Positions 31,718-40,502 of a stretch of 64,000 nt of DNA are shown in pieces. Positions within the stretch are counted from its first letter, which is position 1, and every line of letters begins with the position of its first letter. The DNA comes from Bacteroidota bacterium (lineage in GTDB: Bacteria > Bacteroidota > JABWAT01), in NCBI GenBank assembly GCA_013360915.1, contig JABWAT010000009.1, forward strand, positions 3,337 through 67,336, given 5' to 3'. Below the pieces are notes generated by a model. The model saw only the letters and a list, made by a program, of their open reading frames with translations, was not told where the DNA came from and ran no database searches. A program made the translations under genes and the position numbers.

Positions 31718-31836
31718 TGATCAGACTCCACGGTTTTCTTTTCAAGGGCCTTTACTTTTCTGTCTAACCGCCAGAGAAAGAAAAAAATGCCTGACCAGAT
31801 GACCAATAAAACCAGTGCAACGACCATTCGATCCAT
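31714..31836 (-). CDS. ccmD: Haem exporter protein CcmD (40 aa, single TM)
   Basis: Hand translation of the minus strand gives MDRMVVALVLLVIWSGIFFFLWRLDRKVKALEKKTVESDQ. The stop overlaps the ccmE start in an ATGA. This ORF is absent from the ORF track because it is under 60 aa. Confidence 0.5.
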   Translation of the reverse strand: MDRMVVALVLLVIWSGIFFFLWRLDRKVKALEKKTVESDQ

Positions 31837-31839
31837 GTT

Positions 31840-32514
31840 CTATCCGTTGATGTGCCGGGCAATCCGTGCCAGGCGGTACCGAAGATTATATAACCAGTAT
31901 GCTAATACGCCAAATCCGATAAAGGAACTGTACAGAAGAATCCGGATGGACAATTCGATCCCGCTAACAACCGGATTGTTGGCGCCATCATCTTCGGGGG
32001 CGCCGGGATGCAGACCGGGCAGCAGTCTGGGGATGACAAAGACAAGAAACGGCATGACCAGAAAGGAAAACAGATTATAACCAGCCGAGAGCTTTGCCTT
32101 TCTGTGCGGATCATCCACCGATAACCGCAGAACAAAGTAGGCAGCATAGATGAGAAGGAGACCCAGAAACAGCGTTTGTTTCGGATCCCAGTTCCAATAG
32201 ACACCCCAGGTAAAGTCGGCCCAGATGGCACCGGTAATGATGGTGGTGATACCAAAAAGCATCCCGACGGAAGCAGCCGATTCAGCCTTGAGGTCATCGT
32301 TCAGGTTGCCTGATTTCAGGAACCGGTAACTGTTCCAGAAGCTGATCACAAGCATAAAGATCATCGTGAAAGCCTGCGGTACGTGGAAATAAATATTCCG
32401 TGCGGTTTCACCGAGAACCGGGAGTTTGGGTATTGGCATCAGCCAGCCGATCACAAGTATGGCTGCCATCCAGACGGCCAGACTCCATTTCAGCCAAGTG
32501 GGCAAGGGACGCAT
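31840..32514 (-). CDS. ccmC: Haem exporter protein CcmC
   Basis: WGVYWNWDPKQT WWD motif and 6 TM helices. Confidence 0.85.
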   Translation of the reverse strand: MRPLPTWLKWSLAVWMAAILVIGWLMPIPKLPVLGETARNIYFHVPQAFTMIFMLVISFWNSYRFLKSGNLNDDLKAESAASVGMLFGITTIITGAIWADFTWGVYWNWDPKQTLFLGLLLIYAAYFVLRLSVDDPHRKAKLSAGYNLFSFLVMPFLVFVIPRLLPGLHPGAPEDDGANNPVVSGIELSIRILLYSSFIGFGVLAYWLYNLRYRLARIARHING

Positions 32515-32515
32515 A

Positions 32516-33184
32516 TCAGTTCCAGATCCAGTCGAAAAGTAAAAGACTTCCGGTGATCATTACCCCGGTGTAAGCCAGGATGACCCCGGCAGGTTCAAAA
32601 ATACGATCGGGAGACCCGGCACCGAGACACAGCCGTGTAAATTGTACCAGCACCATAATGAGAGGAATCAGAACAGGGACCGCCAACACCGGAAATAATG
32701 TTCCCCGTGCATCGGAAAGCGCCACCAGCGCAGAGAGAAAAGTGGTGGCAGAGGTGATGGCCACCGATCCTGCTATCAAACCAGGAAGGAACCAGTCCCA
32801 TCGGACTACCGGTGGATTGAAGAAGAACAGGAAGAGCAAGAGAATCAGAAAGGAGACCGATACAGCCATTCCGACATTAAACAGAAACTTCGAGAGGAAA
32901 ATCTGGGAAGGACGTGCCAGAAAAGTAAGAAAATCGAGCGTTCCCTGATCAGATTCTGCCACAAACGACCGCGAAAGACCCACCATTGACGAGAAAAACA
33001 ACCCCAGCCACATAAGCGAGAAGAACATGACCGGTGACAAGTCCGCTCCTCCGGTGGAAAAGGCAATCAGCGCGACCAGAATCACCACAAACAGGGCCAG
33101 ACCATTCAGGGCCACCCTGCTTCGGATTTCCTGACGGAATTCCTTTCTGAGCAAGGTTATAACCGGCATCCAAAAAACCATCAT
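32516..33184 (-). CDS. ccmB: Haem exporter permease CcmB
   Basis: 6-TM ABC-2 permease of CcmB size sitting upstream of ccmC. Confidence 0.75.
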   Translation of the reverse strand: MMVFWMPVITLLRKEFRQEIRSRVALNGLALFVVILVALIAFSTGGADLSPVMFFSLMWLGLFFSSMVGLSRSFVAESDQGTLDFLTFLARPSQIFLSKFLFNVGMAVSVSFLILLLFLFFFNPPVVRWDWFLPGLIAGSVAITSATTFLSALVALSDARGTLFPVLAVPVLIPLIMVLVQFTRLCLGAGSPDRIFEPAGVILAYTGVMITGSLLLFDWIWN

Positions 33185-33233
33185 TGCACAAAAATCCTGA
33201 AAATGGACCGGAAGGTCAATGTTTGATCAGTGA

Positions 33234-34298
33234 TTACCGGAGTTCAGGTGTGGCCCCTTTTCCTTCACGGAAACGGATGGAGCGTGCAATGACTTCCATT
33301 TCTCTGACAAAATCGGCTTTGGACTGAAATTTGGGAGCCAGTACAGAGCCATTGAACATGTAAATCCGGTTCAGTGAGTCGTTGTAGAACGTATAATTGA
33401 CAAAGGGTCCGCCCAGCGAATAATCATTCATTCTCCAGAGCCCGCGGGTTTCAACGCCATAAAACCCGTTGAAACTGATTTCTTTTTGAGACAAGGCGCG
33501 GCGGTCTGTCTCGGCATAGGTGCTGTCTTCGGCGGTAATCTGTACTTTCAGAACCGAATCCTGAATATCCATGAGTCTGGAAAAAGTGGGAAAGGCGGGA
33601 GTTGGGGCATCCCACCAATGAATCCAGAACCAGCGGTCCAGATCGGGCTGAATGCGCTTCAGATAAACAAAATTGGGTCCGACCGAATCATGAATAACCA
33701 CGTAATCGTGCTGGATGCGTGGGGTAAAACCCACCCGTTCGAGTAATCGTTCTTCCAGGTCGGGCTGGGAGTGTCGCCGGAACATGTGGTGGTAAGCCCG
33801 TTTCAGAGTGAAATCGGTCCATCCGAAGGTAATAGCCGCGCTGTCTTTCATGATGGTCTGACCCATGGCATCCTTGGAAGGGGCAATCACAAACATGACC
33901 TGCTGGCCGTTCCGCCATTTATTCCGGACGGTGAAAGTGGTTTGTTCTCCTTTTGCAACCAGGTTTTTAACATCATCACTCAGCAGAGAAAGCGCCAGAC
34001 GGGAGGCAAAGGAGGTGTCATCGGCAGAGGCCAGGAAGAGCAGATAGGCCCGTTGCTTCAGCGGTTCAAACTGCCTTGCATCCTGCCATTCTTCTTCCAG
34101 CATGGATTCGGGACGTGGGACGGCCAGAACTTCCCTGAAAACCGTTCGCTGCAGGTAGGGCTTCGCTTCCTGATAAACTGAAGAATCTGCAAAAACCACA
34201 ATCCGGCCTTCGGGACCAATGGCCATGGGCTTATAGTCACTGCAGGCAGAGAGAAGGGCCAACAGGAACAGAACGACGGCCAGACGGGGAAAGCGCAT
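33234..34298 (-). CDS. Hypothetical lipoprotein
   Basis: LLSAC lipobox and no recognisable domain. Confidence 0.4.
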   Translation of the reverse strand: MRFPRLAVVLFLLALLSACSDYKPMAIGPEGRIVVFADSSVYQEAKPYLQRTVFREVLAVPRPESMLEEEWQDARQFEPLKQRAYLLFLASADDTSFASRLALSLLSDDVKNLVAKGEQTTFTVRNKWRNGQQVMFVIAPSKDAMGQTIMKDSAAITFGWTDFTLKRAYHHMFRRHSQPDLEERLLERVGFTPRIQHDYVVIHDSVGPNFVYLKRIQPDLDRWFWIHWWDAPTPAFPTFSRLMDIQDSVLKVQITAEDSTYAETDRRALSQKEISFNGFYGVETRGLWRMNDYSLGGPFVNYTFYNDSLNRIYMFNGSVLAPKFQSKADFVREMEVIARSIRFREGKGATPELR

Positions 34299-34299
34299 G

Positions 34300-34920
34300 T
34301 CAGACTCCTGCTAAAAATAAAAGGGTCATCAACACCGATGAGCCAACCGGGATGGTCAGGTTGTCATCGATGGAAAATGGCAGCAATTCAATCAGGGTTG
34401 CTGCCAGGGCGCCGGCAATTTTTAACGGCCAGCTGAGGTCGGTGATAAAGAGGGCCACTATCATGCTGGCAGCGAAAAAGGCAAAACTGCCTTCCCAGGT
34501 TTTCTGAAGGTTGCCAATGGGATGTTTGCCAAATTTTTTTCCGATCAATGCGGCTGAGGCATCCCCCACAATCAGCATGGAGAAGGAGTAGATGGCAATC
34601 TCCTTATCGAAGAATCCGAAAACGATGATGCCGGCAAGGATGACATAGGTGGCACCCGAAAAGGCTCTTTTTTCCGAACTGAGTTCATGATGTCTCATCA
34701 TAAAACCAAAAAACCGTTCGATAAACAGGCGGGTTTCTGCATTTCTGAACCGGAGGTATTCCACCACCAGACCGATGATGAGCAGGGGAATCAGGATAGC
34801 CAGAATGCCTTCCTTCTCAAGCCAGATGGCATAGAGAACCGGATAGATCAGTGAGGAGAGATGAATGGCTTTCCGCCAGATTTCGGGAGTGTAGCCCGTT
34901 GCAGTCATGGGTGCGTTCAT
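34300..34920 (-). CDS. CTP_transf_1 superfamily membrane protein (dolichol/phytol-kinase or CdsA-like)
   Basis: 6 TM helices and a RKAIHLSS motif near the N-terminus. Confidence 0.4.
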   Translation of the reverse strand: MNAPMTATGYTPEIWRKAIHLSSLIYPVLYAIWLEKEGILAILIPLLIIGLVVEYLRFRNAETRLFIERFFGFMMRHHELSSEKRAFSGATYVILAGIIVFGFFDKEIAIYSFSMLIVGDASAALIGKKFGKHPIGNLQKTWEGSFAFFAASMIVALFITDLSWPLKIAGALAATLIELLPFSIDDNLTIPVGSSVLMTLLFLAGV

Positions 34921-36833
34921 GTTGTGGACTGGTGCCGTTTAATAATCTGGTCAATGTCATCGCCGGTAATGGTTTCGCGCACGAGCAGGGTTTCTGCAAC
35001 TTCGTGAAGGACCGCGATGTGATCCCGGAGTAACTTTTCTGCCCGGTCTTCGGAGTTCCTGATCAGGCGAAGAATTTCCTGATCGATCTCAACGGCAGTT
35101 TTTTCGGAAAAGTTCTTCTGATAGCCAAAATCACGTCCGAGGAACACTTCCCGGTCCTGAGAGCCATAGGAAACGGGACCGAGCTGATCACTCATCCCGA
35201 ATTCGCAGATCATTTTCCGGGCCAGATTGGTGGCCTGTTCAATGTCGTTTGAGGCACCGGTCGAATAATCACCAAAGATAATCTTTTCGGATACCCGGCC
35301 GCCGAGAATGAAACAAATACGTGCAAGCAATTCCTGTCTGGAATAGGAATACTTGTCTTCGGTGGGCAGGTAGGTGGTTACCCCGAGTGCACGGCCTCTG
35401 GGAATAATGGTCACTTTATGAACCGGGTCTGCAAATTCAACATACCGGGCCACCAGCGCATGACCTGCTTCGTGATAGGCGGTGATTTTCTTTTCGCGTT
35501 CATTCATCACCACACTTTTCCGTTCAACACCAGTCAGGATTTTATCCTTGGCCCGTTCGAAATGAATCATGGAGACTTCATCGCAATTATCGCGGGCAGC
35601 AATCAGTACCGCTTCATTCACCAGATTGGCAAGATCGGCTCCCGACATACCCGGTGTGACCCGGGCTAGTAATTCCAGATCGACATCTTTCCCCAGGGGG
35701 ATTTTCCGCGAATGGACTCTCAGGATTCCTTCACGGCCTTTTACATCCGGCCGGTCCACCACCACCTGTCGGTCAAACCGACCCGGCCGCAGCAGGGCAG
35801 TATCAAGAATGTCGGGCCGGTTGGTGGCGGCAATCAGAATCACATTGGTCCGCTCATCAAATCCGTCCAGTTCAACCAGAAGGGCGTTCAGTGTTTGTTC
35901 GCGTTCGTCATGTCCGCCCCCAAGGCCAGCACCCCGTTGCCTTCCGACGGCATCGAGTTCATCAATGAAAATGATACTCGGGGCATGTTTCTTGCCTTGT
36001 TCAAATACATCGCGAACGCGGCTGGCTCCCACTCCCACAAACATTTCGACGAAATCGGCTCCGCTCAGCGAGAAAAAGGGAACACCGGCTTCACCTGCAA
36101 TGGCCCGGGCCAGAAGGGTTTTTCCGGTTCCGGGAGGGCCAAGCAGCAGCACGCCTTTCGGAATTTTTCCGCCTAAGCGGGTGAATTTTTCGGGAGTCTT
36201 GAGAAAATCAACAATTTCACGCAACTCTTCCTTGGCCTCTTCACACCCGGCCACATCTTTAAAGGTGACCTGAGGTTCACCTTCAAGTTGAAGTTTGGCC
36301 CTGCTTTTTCCGAAGTTAAAGACGTTTTTTTCCCCTCTCGGATTGGCAGAGGCCTGCATGCGTCGCATGAAAAACAGGTAGATAAGAATCAGCAGAATCC
36401 AGGGTGCCGAGGTGATGAGAATGAAGGTCCAGTCGTAACCAGGTTTTGAAATGGTCACCCGGACACCCTTCGACACCAGCAAACGGGAAAAAGATTCATC
36501 GGCAGCGGGAATGGTTGTCTGAAACCGGTTAAACTTGAGTGTTTTTCCATCGGTGAGCAGCAACGGCTCTTCCATGGCCAGTTTACCGGTCACGAGGGCC
36601 GAATTGGATTCCTGAGTGATATTGACTTCGGTGATCTGCCCCAGATCGAGCAGGCGCACAAACTCGTTGTAGGGAATATCGGGATTGTGATAGGTATCGC
36701 CCCTGAACAGCCGTTGTCCCACCAGGAACAAAACGATGATGATCAAACCTGAAACGAGGATCCAGGTCGATGTACGTGCAGATCTGGCTGGTGGTTCGCC
36801 GGAAGGACGCTGAGGGGTCGGGGGCTGACTCAT
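34917..36833 (-). CDS. ftsH: ATP-dependent zinc metalloprotease FtsH
   Basis: GPPGTGKT Walker A, SRH region and HEAGHA zinc motif. Confidence 0.97.
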   Translation of the reverse strand: MSQPPTPQRPSGEPPARSARTSTWILVSGLIIIVLFLVGQRLFRGDTYHNPDIPYNEFVRLLDLGQITEVNITQESNSALVTGKLAMEEPLLLTDGKTLKFNRFQTTIPAADESFSRLLVSKGVRVTISKPGYDWTFILITSAPWILLILIYLFFMRRMQASANPRGEKNVFNFGKSRAKLQLEGEPQVTFKDVAGCEEAKEELREIVDFLKTPEKFTRLGGKIPKGVLLLGPPGTGKTLLARAIAGEAGVPFFSLSGADFVEMFVGVGASRVRDVFEQGKKHAPSIIFIDELDAVGRQRGAGLGGGHDEREQTLNALLVELDGFDERTNVILIAATNRPDILDTALLRPGRFDRQVVVDRPDVKGREGILRVHSRKIPLGKDVDLELLARVTPGMSGADLANLVNEAVLIAARDNCDEVSMIHFERAKDKILTGVERKSVVMNEREKKITAYHEAGHALVARYVEFADPVHKVTIIPRGRALGVTTYLPTEDKYSYSRQELLARICFILGGRVSEKIIFGDYSTGASNDIEQATNLARKMICEFGMSDQLGPVSYGSQDREVFLGRDFGYQKNFSEKTAVEIDQEILRLIRNSEDRAEKLLRDHIAVLHEVAETLLVRETITGDDIDQIIKRHQSTT

Positions 36834-36842
36834 TGAATGCGT

Positions 36843-37442
36843 TTACTCTTTCTGATCAGGACTGAGAATATAGACTTCCTTCAGGTTTCGGGCCTTCTGA
36901 GCGTAATCCAGACCGTAACCGATGACAAACCATTTCGGAATTTCGAAGGCGGTGTAATCGATGGGGAAGTCGATGGTGGAAACTTCGGGTTTGTGTAAGA
37001 ACGTTGCAATACGCAGACTGGCTGGCCGGTGACTGAGAATCAGATTTCTGATAAAGGTCATGGAAAGACCCGAATCGATCACATCCTCAACGATGATGAC
37101 ATCGCGGTTTTCGAGGTTTGCGCTGAAATCCTTAACCACGCTGACCGATCCGGAACTGATTTTCCGGTCGCCATAGCTGGAAAGTTTCATAAAATCCATT
37201 TCACAATCGCCATCAAATTCCCGCATCAGATCAGCCATGAAAATGTATGCACCATTCAGAACACCCATAAAGATGGGCACCTTGCCTGCATAGTCGTTTT
37301 TAAGTTGTGTTCCGATTTGGACGACGCGCTGCCTGATTTGTTCTTCAGACAGCAGCAAGTCGAACCACTCTCCGTTGACCTTTACCCGACGGACCGGGGG
37401 ACCAGACGGAGGCGTATCCAGTTGTTTGTGTGAGATGTCCAT
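36843..37442 (-). CDS. hpt: Hypoxanthine phosphoribosyltransferase
   Basis: VIIVEDVIDSGLSM PRPP-binding motif. The 5' end overlaps the tilS 3' end by about 60 nt. Confidence 0.9.
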   Translation of the reverse strand: MDISHKQLDTPPSGPPVRRVKVNGEWFDLLLSEEQIRQRVVQIGTQLKNDYAGKVPIFMGVLNGAYIFMADLMREFDGDCEMDFMKLSSYGDRKISSGSVSVVKDFSANLENRDVIIVEDVIDSGLSMTFIRNLILSHRPASLRIATFLHKPEVSTIDFPIDYTAFEIPKWFVIGYGLDYAQKARNLKEVYILSPDQKE

Positions 37443-38692
37443 TTTACCTGCTCTGAAATTGCTAAACCGGCCACCCAGATAATTTTTCCACTCCGGTCAC
37501 GGATGACCGGAATGGTATCGCGCTGCCAGACCGGTACTTTCCGGTTAATTAAAAAATCACTCAATCCGATTTCCCTGTCGAAGCCGAGAGGCTGAAACCG
37601 GTCACCTGCACGTCGGAAAGTGACCTTCAGGGGGTGAAACAAACGGTCGGCATCAAGTACCGGGGTATCATCATTCCCACTCAGCCGGTCTGTTTCCCCA
37701 ACGGGTTCAGTTACCAGATCCTGCTGATCGCCAAACCGGGGACGGAAAAATATGATGAAGGAATCCCGTTTTTTCCAGCGGATTCCATCCGGTAATCCAG
37801 GTTTGGTCGTATCGGAGGCCCGCAGCCAACGGAGCAACCATCCCGGTCCGGGTTGGGATGCCCACCGGGTGTGAAATTCCTCACCGATGAGGACCGATAA
37901 CAGAAAATCATTATAGACCGAATTTCCCGTAATATCAATTTTAAACCCGTTGGGAACCTCACTGATCCACTCGGATCGGCCCGATTCGGCCAGATTATGT
38001 AAAAGCAGCTGGCATTCCTGTGTCTGTGAACTGAGGGTCTCAAGCGAGGGAATCCAACGATCGGGAAAGAGCGACTCAAGCAGCGGAATCAGACTCCGGC
38101 GGATGCGGTTTCTGGTGTAATCATCGGTCTGATTCGAGGAATCCTCTGCCCATGTTAATCGTTGCCTGATTGCAAAGGAAAGTATCTCGGACCTGCTGAC
38201 GGACCGGAGCGGTCTGAGCCGGTTTTGATCGGTCACGGGAATTGGGGCCAGATTCGAAAGAGAAGGTCCGGTGAACAGGCGGTAAAGCAGGGTTTCAATG
38301 GCATCATCCCGATGGTGGGCCGTGACCAGCCAGTCAAGGTTTTCCTCTGCGGCAATCTGATTCAGCAGCCGGTACCTTTCCTCCCGGGCGCTGGCCTGAA
38401 AGTTGCCAGCAGTTGAGGGTTGAGTCCACCGGAAGCCATGAAATATAAATTGAGCACCTTCCGCTGCGTTTCTGACCAGAGCCTCCTCCTGCTCATTCTC
38501 GCCGGGTCGTGTCAGATGATTCAGGTGAAAGACATGGATGACCGATTGCGGATGATCAACTGCCCACAACCGGAAACATTCAAGCAGGACCATGCTGTCC
38601 ACCCCGCCCGAAACAGAAAGTATGGCCCGTAGAGAGTCTGAACCGGGAAGACTCTGAAGAACAGAGCAGAAGGATTGATAAGCCAGATGCAT
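37382..38692 (-). CDS. tilS: tRNA(Ile)-lysidine synthetase (real start MHLAYQ at 38692; the ORF-track extension to 38944 runs through tRNA genes)
   Basis: SGGVDSMVLL PP-loop and a conserved TilS C-terminal domain. Confidence 0.85.
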   Translation of the reverse strand: MHLAYQSFCSVLQSLPGSDSLRAILSVSGGVDSMVLLECFRLWAVDHPQSVIHVFHLNHLTRPGENEQEEALVRNAAEGAQFIFHGFRWTQPSTAGNFQASAREERYRLLNQIAAEENLDWLVTAHHRDDAIETLLYRLFTGPSLSNLAPIPVTDQNRLRPLRSVSRSEILSFAIRQRLTWAEDSSNQTDDYTRNRIRRSLIPLLESLFPDRWIPSLETLSSQTQECQLLLHNLAESGRSEWISEVPNGFKIDITGNSVYNDFLLSVLIGEEFHTRWASQPGPGWLLRWLRASDTTKPGLPDGIRWKKRDSFIIFFRPRFGDQQDLVTEPVGETDRLSGNDDTPVLDADRLFHPLKVTFRRAGDRFQPLGFDREIGLSDFLINRKVPVWQRDTIPVIRDRSGKIIWVAGLAISEQVKWTSHTNNWIRLRLVPRSVG

Positions 38693-38770
38693 GTGTGAAG
38701 ATGGAAAAGCAGACCGAACGGTGCAACTTTGGCCGGACAAGAAACAAGGCGGATTCTGAGTCTGATTCTG

Positions 38771-38845
38771 TACCGAAGGAGGGATTCGGACCCCCGACAC
38801 ATGGATGATAATTCCATTGTACGGCCGCTGCCGGACTACTTCGGA
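38771..38845 (-). pseudogene. tRNA-like element copy 1: tRNA(CAU) paralog with hairpin-replaced D-arm and further decay (anticodon loop ATTATCA, T-loop TCCGAAT)
   Basis: Acceptor, anticodon and T arms align to the canonical copy at 39062-39135. The D-arm is replaced by GTCCGGCAGCGGCCGTAC. Confidence 0.5.
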
Positions 38846-38865
38846 GTAAGAGCGAGAGTGGCCAA

Positions 38866-38896
38866 ATAAAAAAGGCGGAATCTGGTCCGCCTTTTT
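38866..38896 (-). terminator. Terminator GGCGGA-atctgg-TCCGCC with flanking A and T runs, between tRNA-like copies 2 and 1
   Basis: Perfect 6-bp GC stem followed by a U-run on the minus strand. Confidence 0.6.
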
Positions 38897-38914
38897 GAGA
38901 GTCCGTTTTTTTTG

Positions 38915-38989
38915 TACCGAAGGAGGGATTCGAACCCCCGACACATGGATTATGATTCCATTGTCCGGCCGCTGCCGGACTACTTCGGA
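38915..38989 (-). ncRNA. tRNA-like element copy 2: identical to tRNA(CAU) except G1 to T and a D-arm replaced by a perfect 7-bp hairpin GTCCGGC-agcg-GCCGGAC
   Basis: A base-by-base comparison with the 39062-39135 tRNA finds the acceptor 3' strand, U8, A9, the anticodon arm (loop ATCATAA, anticodon CAU), the variable loop and the T-arm all identical. Confidence 0.5.
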
Positions 38990-39012
38990 CTAATAACGGG
39001 CAGGCAGTTGTC

Positions 39013-39045
39013 AAAAAAAAAGGCGGAATCTGATCCGCCTTTTTT
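39013..39045 (-). terminator. Terminator GGCGGA-atctga-TCCGCC between tRNA(CAU) and tRNA-like copy 2
   Basis: Hairpin flanked by A9 and T6 runs. Confidence 0.6.
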
Positions 39046-39061
39046 GTGAGTCTGCTTTCTG

Positions 39062-39135
39062 TACCGAAGGAGGGATTCGAACCCCCGACACATGGATTAT
39101 GATTCCATTGCTCTAACCGACTGAGCTACTTCGGC
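39062..39135 (-). tRNA. tRNA with CAU anticodon, canonical cloverleaf (elongator Met, or tRNA-Ile2 substrate of TilS)
   Basis: GCCGAAG acceptor, D-arm GCTCAGTCGGTTAGAGC, anticodon loop ATCATAA, T-loop TTCGAAT. Confidence 0.85.
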
Positions 39136-39172
39136 AAAAGAAAAATGGAATCGGTCAGATTCCATTTTTTTT
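39136..39172 (-). terminator. Terminator TGGAATC-ggtca-GATTCCA after tRNA-fMet
   Basis: Perfect 7-bp stem with a T8 run. Confidence 0.6.
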
Positions 39173-39173
39173 G

Positions 39174-39246
<73 letters not shown>

Positions 39247-39300
39247 ATCATTTAAGGGACTGCAAAGATGTGGTATCTGCGCGACAATGTCAAGCCGCGA

Positions 39301-40296
39301 TTACTGTCCTGCAGTCTGTTGGCCGACCGGATCGAACCGGGTGACCGATTGGCTGACCGGCGGAACAGTCTGCAAAAACCGGAACATGGCCGTCAGATCT
39401 GCTTCGGTCATGCTGGCATACATCACCCAGGGCATGACGGTCTGAAACTGGCCTTCAGCGACGGTGTGTGGTTGATAAGAACTATCGGCATAAGCCTTGA
39501 ACCGGCTGACAAACTGTGAAGCGGTCCAGGTGCCAATCCCTGTTTTTTTATCAGAAGTCAGGTTTGCAGACCGGACAGTACCCGATGGCATCGGGAAGGC
39601 CCGCCCGCCTGCCAGATACATGCCGGGAAGGGGCGCCCCTTTATCATCAACCGGTGTATGACAATCGGTGCAGGCTGCTGCGTTGAACAGGTACTCACCC
39701 ATGGCCAGCGTATCGGTGGCAGGGGGAAGCGGAGAAGGGGTTCCTTCCGCCGGAAGTGTTCTCAGAATCAGATTAAACGGAAAATCACTTGACGATGCCG
39801 GTACCTTATTTTCAATGGAGGGAAGGGTACGCAAATAGGCGATGATAGAATAAATGTCCTCCTGATCCATCTTTCCATAGGCATGGAAGGGCATGACCGG
39901 GAAAATCGGTTCCCCGTCCTTTTTTACTCCGGCTGTCAGTGCCCTGTAAATATCTCCGTCGGACCATTCACCAATGCCTGCAGGTGTGATGTTAGGAGCA
40001 TAGTAGTCGCCGGGAAATCCCATGGCTTTGGTAAAGGCTTCTCCACCTTTACCCAATGATCCGGGTTCCAATGGTCCCGAAAATTTCGTCCAGTCGCGGG
40101 TTGAATGACAATCCATACAAACGGAGACGGAATTGGCCAGATACTCGCCCCGCTTCACCCGTTCGGGAGTCACTTCCACTGTCAGTTCAGGAGAAGGACC
40201 AACGGCAGGAAAGAAAAGGAATAAACTTCCGATGGCCCCGGCAATCAGCACCACCAGAGCAACCACCACATACAAAATCACTTTTTTCATGTTCAC
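39301..40296 (-). CDS. Membrane-anchored di-haem c-type cytochrome
   Basis: N-terminal TM helix and two CxxCH motifs (CMDCHS, CTDCHT). Confidence 0.7.
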   Translation of the reverse strand: MNMKKVILYVVVALVVLIAGAIGSLFLFFPAVGPSPELTVEVTPERVKRGEYLANSVSVCMDCHSTRDWTKFSGPLEPGSLGKGGEAFTKAMGFPGDYYAPNITPAGIGEWSDGDIYRALTAGVKKDGEPIFPVMPFHAYGKMDQEDIYSIIAYLRTLPSIENKVPASSSDFPFNLILRTLPAEGTPSPLPPATDTLAMGEYLFNAAACTDCHTPVDDKGAPLPGMYLAGGRAFPMPSGTVRSANLTSDKKTGIGTWTASQFVSRFKAYADSSYQPHTVAEGQFQTVMPWVMYASMTEADLTAMFRFLQTVPPVSQSVTRFDPVGQQTAGQ

Positions 40297-40412
40297 TCCA
40301 CTGCATTTTTTTTGGGTGAACCAAAGATTAGAAAAAGATTAGAAAATGTAAACTGATTGTAGACTTTTTGGTTAATTTTTCTGCGGATCGGAGGAAAAAA
40401 ACCGGAATGGAA

Positions 40413-40464
40413 GTAAAAAAAGGGAGGAGCGGGTTCCGGTTGAATCGGAACGTCACCCCTCCCT
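40413..40464 (-). terminator. Strong rho-independent terminator of the amylase gene
   Basis: Extended hairpin GGGAGG...GTTCCG-gttgaat-CGGAAC...CCCTCCC followed by T7 on the minus strand. Confidence 0.7.
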
Positions 40465-40502
40465 TTACAGATCAGAAGGAAGGCAAAGTCAGGTTCTGCG
40501 GG

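Noticed and set aside
35569-36273. 234-aa Ser/Arg/Pro-rich ORF on the plus strand
   Set aside because: Antisense to ftsH, and its low-complexity composition is typical of spurious antisense frames in GC-rich DNA.
37382-38944. Six-frame ORF giving TilS an 84-aa N-terminal extension with repeated SGVRIPPSVQ peptides
   Set aside because: The extension is read straight through the tandem tRNA-like genes on the same strand. The repeated peptide is just the repeated tRNA sequence. The true start is MHLAYQ at 38692.
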